This document shows positions 13,579-14,810 of a stretch of 14,810 bases of DNA, piece after piece. The stretch lies in assembly GCA_028276785.1 (NCBI GenBank), contig JAPYVP010000012.1, positions 1 through 14,810 of the forward strand, written 5' to 3'. This stretch comes from Candidatus Nanopusillus sp. (GTDB lineage Archaea > Nanobdellota > Nanobdellia > Nanobdellales > Nanobdellaceae). Positions within the stretch are counted from its first letter, which is position 1, and every line of letters starts with the position of its first letter. Made by a program: the position numbers and the translations under genes. The notes beneath the pieces were generated by a model. That model was given only the letters and a program-made list of their open reading frames with translations, did no database searches and was not told the origin of the DNA.

Positions 13579-14658
13579 ATGGGCATAAGATCTCTTTCTC
13601 CAAAAATAGCATCTATATTAATTGCTTCTATTATAGTTGTAATTGTTGTAATATTTTATGTATTTAAATTTAATTCAACAAGCAATTCTACTACAATAAC
13701 TACCCCTCCAAGTCTTAATAATTTTAGCTATTACAGACCGGTTATAATAAATAATGCACAGAATCCAAACACTTTAACAAATTATCCAATATTAGTAACT
13801 TTAGATACACAATCTTTGATATTACAAGGTAAAATGAGAGCTGATTGCGGAGATATAAGATTTACAGATTCCGACGGTAATACATTATTAAATTATTGGA
13901 TAGAACCAAATACTTGTAACACAAATAATACGAAAATATGGGTAAATGTACCATCCATACCTAAAAGTTCTACTAAAACAATATATTTACTGTATGGAAA
14001 CCCAAATGCAACTAGTATGAGTAACGGACATTTGGTTTTTACCTTTTTTGAAGATTTCCAAAATGGTACAGCAGGATGGACACCTGTTCTGACTTGGGCT
14101 CCAAGTGGTATTTCATCAGCTTCTGCTGTTTGGATACAAAGTCCATATGGTTATGCTGGTGGAATTAGTTTAACAGATGAAGGGGGATATTATGCATCAA
14201 CAGCAGCATTAGTAAAAAATATTTCTATTTCTGATAATTCTGTAAGTTATTGTTTCAGTGCATATGCAATGTGGAATATTACACCTAGACAACAACCAAA
14301 TTATGATAATTATGCAATTATTATATCAGCTACAAATGGGACTGATACAAAAACTGTTGCATATAGATTAATTGTTGGGGGAGATCCATGTGGTAGATAT
14401 TGGATTGCTTTTTTTGGAAATTGTGGTAATAAAGACTATCTATGTACACCACCGAACACGTGGATTAATATAAGTACAAATTTAACTAATGATTTTCTAT
14501 CTTTATGTAAGTTTAAAGTTAGAAATATTACACAAATTTCTATCAATGTTGGTACATGGTATAGGACAATAGATGGATATGCAACCAATATAATAATAAG
14601 AAAATGTGTATCTCCAGAACCTTTTGTAATTTTAAAAGACGAAGCAAAAATGCAATAG
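13579..14658 (+). CDS. DUF2341-domain surface protein with an archaeal pilin-like (class III) N-terminus and a probable lectin/LamG-like C-terminal half
   Basis: 359 aa. YYRPVIINN...LTNYPILVTLD...GDIRFTDSDGNTLLNYWIE...TKIWVNVPSIP...TIYLLYGNPNA matches the DUF2341 pattern. The N-terminus MGIRSLSPKIASILIASIIVVIVVIF resembles the archaeal Pilin_N consensus (RGvSPvIgviLlvAitv). Confidence 0.7.
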   Translation: MGIRSLSPKIASILIASIIVVIVVIFYVFKFNSTSNSTTITTPPSLNNFSYYRPVIINNAQNPNTLTNYPILVTLDTQSLILQGKMRADCGDIRFTDSDGNTLLNYWIEPNTCNTNNTKIWVNVPSIPKSSTKTIYLLYGNPNATSMSNGHLVFTFFEDFQNGTAGWTPVLTWAPSGISSASAVWIQSPYGYAGGISLTDEGGYYASTAALVKNISISDNSVSYCFSAYAMWNITPRQQPNYDNYAIIISATNGTDTKTVAYRLIVGGDPCGRYWIAFFGNCGNKDYLCTPPNTWINISTNLTNDFLSLCKFKVRNITQISINVGTWYRTIDGYATNIIIRKCVSPEPFVILKDEAKMQ

Positions 14659-14691
14659 AAAATAAGAATATTATAAATTTCTCTTAATCTT

Positions 14692-14810
14692 TTATTGCAA
14701 ATATTTTTTAATTTCTGCCTTTTTATATCTATCATCTATAAAGAATATTTTAACATAATCATTTGGAAATCTTATTGCTCTTCCAATTACTTGTTTAATA
14801 TTTATATCTT
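14692..14810 (-). CDS. C-terminal end of an XPD/Rad3/DinG-like SF2 helicase; the rest lies beyond the window edge
   Basis: Hand translation of the minus frame entering from the edge gives DINIKQVIGRAIRFPNDYVKIFFIDDRYKKAEIKKYLQ*. Q..GR.IR followed by D.R matches helicase motif VI and the C-terminus of the Rad3/XPD family. The stop is at 14694-14692. Confidence 0.45.
   Translation of the reverse strand, partial: DINIKQVIGRAIRFPNDYVKIFFIDDRYKKAEIKKYLQ

Noticed and set aside
1-14810. A search for CRISPR repeats, IS/transposase or integrase genes, rRNA, and long direct or inverted repeats.
   Set aside because: No regularly spaced repeats, no transposase- or integrase-like ORFs and no rRNA-like GC-rich tracts were seen. 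The tRNA genes are not flanked by recognisable att-like duplications.

Overview
Very AT-rich, extremely gene-dense archaeal window. Archaeal markers are uS15 and uS11, archease, two RecJ/Cdc45-type DHH proteins, an intron-containing tRNA and a box C/D sRNA. The two tRNAs have GC-rich stems against an AT-rich background, genes overlap, and a ribosomal gene sits outside its usual operon. Together these suggest a reduced-genome thermophile, Nanoarchaeota/DPANN-like, but that is inference only.

Left to right:
- a partial pilin-like surface protein (-)
- a SecD/F-like membrane protein
- archease (-)
- an unannotated C/D box sRNA (-)
- a PEBP/YbhB protein
- rps15 translationally coupled to a RecJ/Cdc45-like DHH protein
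- a minus-strand pair: a membrane protein with an internal duplication, then an ASCH-HTH protein
- a membrane protein with a Tyr/Asn/Gly tail
- tRNA-Thr(CGU) (-)
- a second, motif-intact DHH/DHHA1 protein
- rps11 (-)
- tRNA-Met(CAU) with a 28-nt intron
- a metallophosphoesterase (-)
- a seven-gene plus-strand block: two small orphans, a HAD hydrolase, a MacB-type ABC ATPase, a four-repeat CARDB-like anchored surface protein, an FtsX permease, and a pilin-like DUF2341 protein
- the C-terminal end of an XPD/Rad3-like helicase (-)

No rRNA, CRISPR array or mobile element was seen.

Most notable observations:
1. A textbook C/D sRNA is fused to the archease promoter.
2. TTTATAAA/TTTATATA boxes recur about 26 nt upstream of start codons, of the tRNA-Met 5' end and of the sRNA C box. 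This implies leaderless transcripts, and three divergent pairs appear to share one central box.
3. The ABC/CARDB/FtsX/DUF2341 cell-surface module may be a new envelope system.

All functional calls rest on motif recognition by eye. No searches were run.
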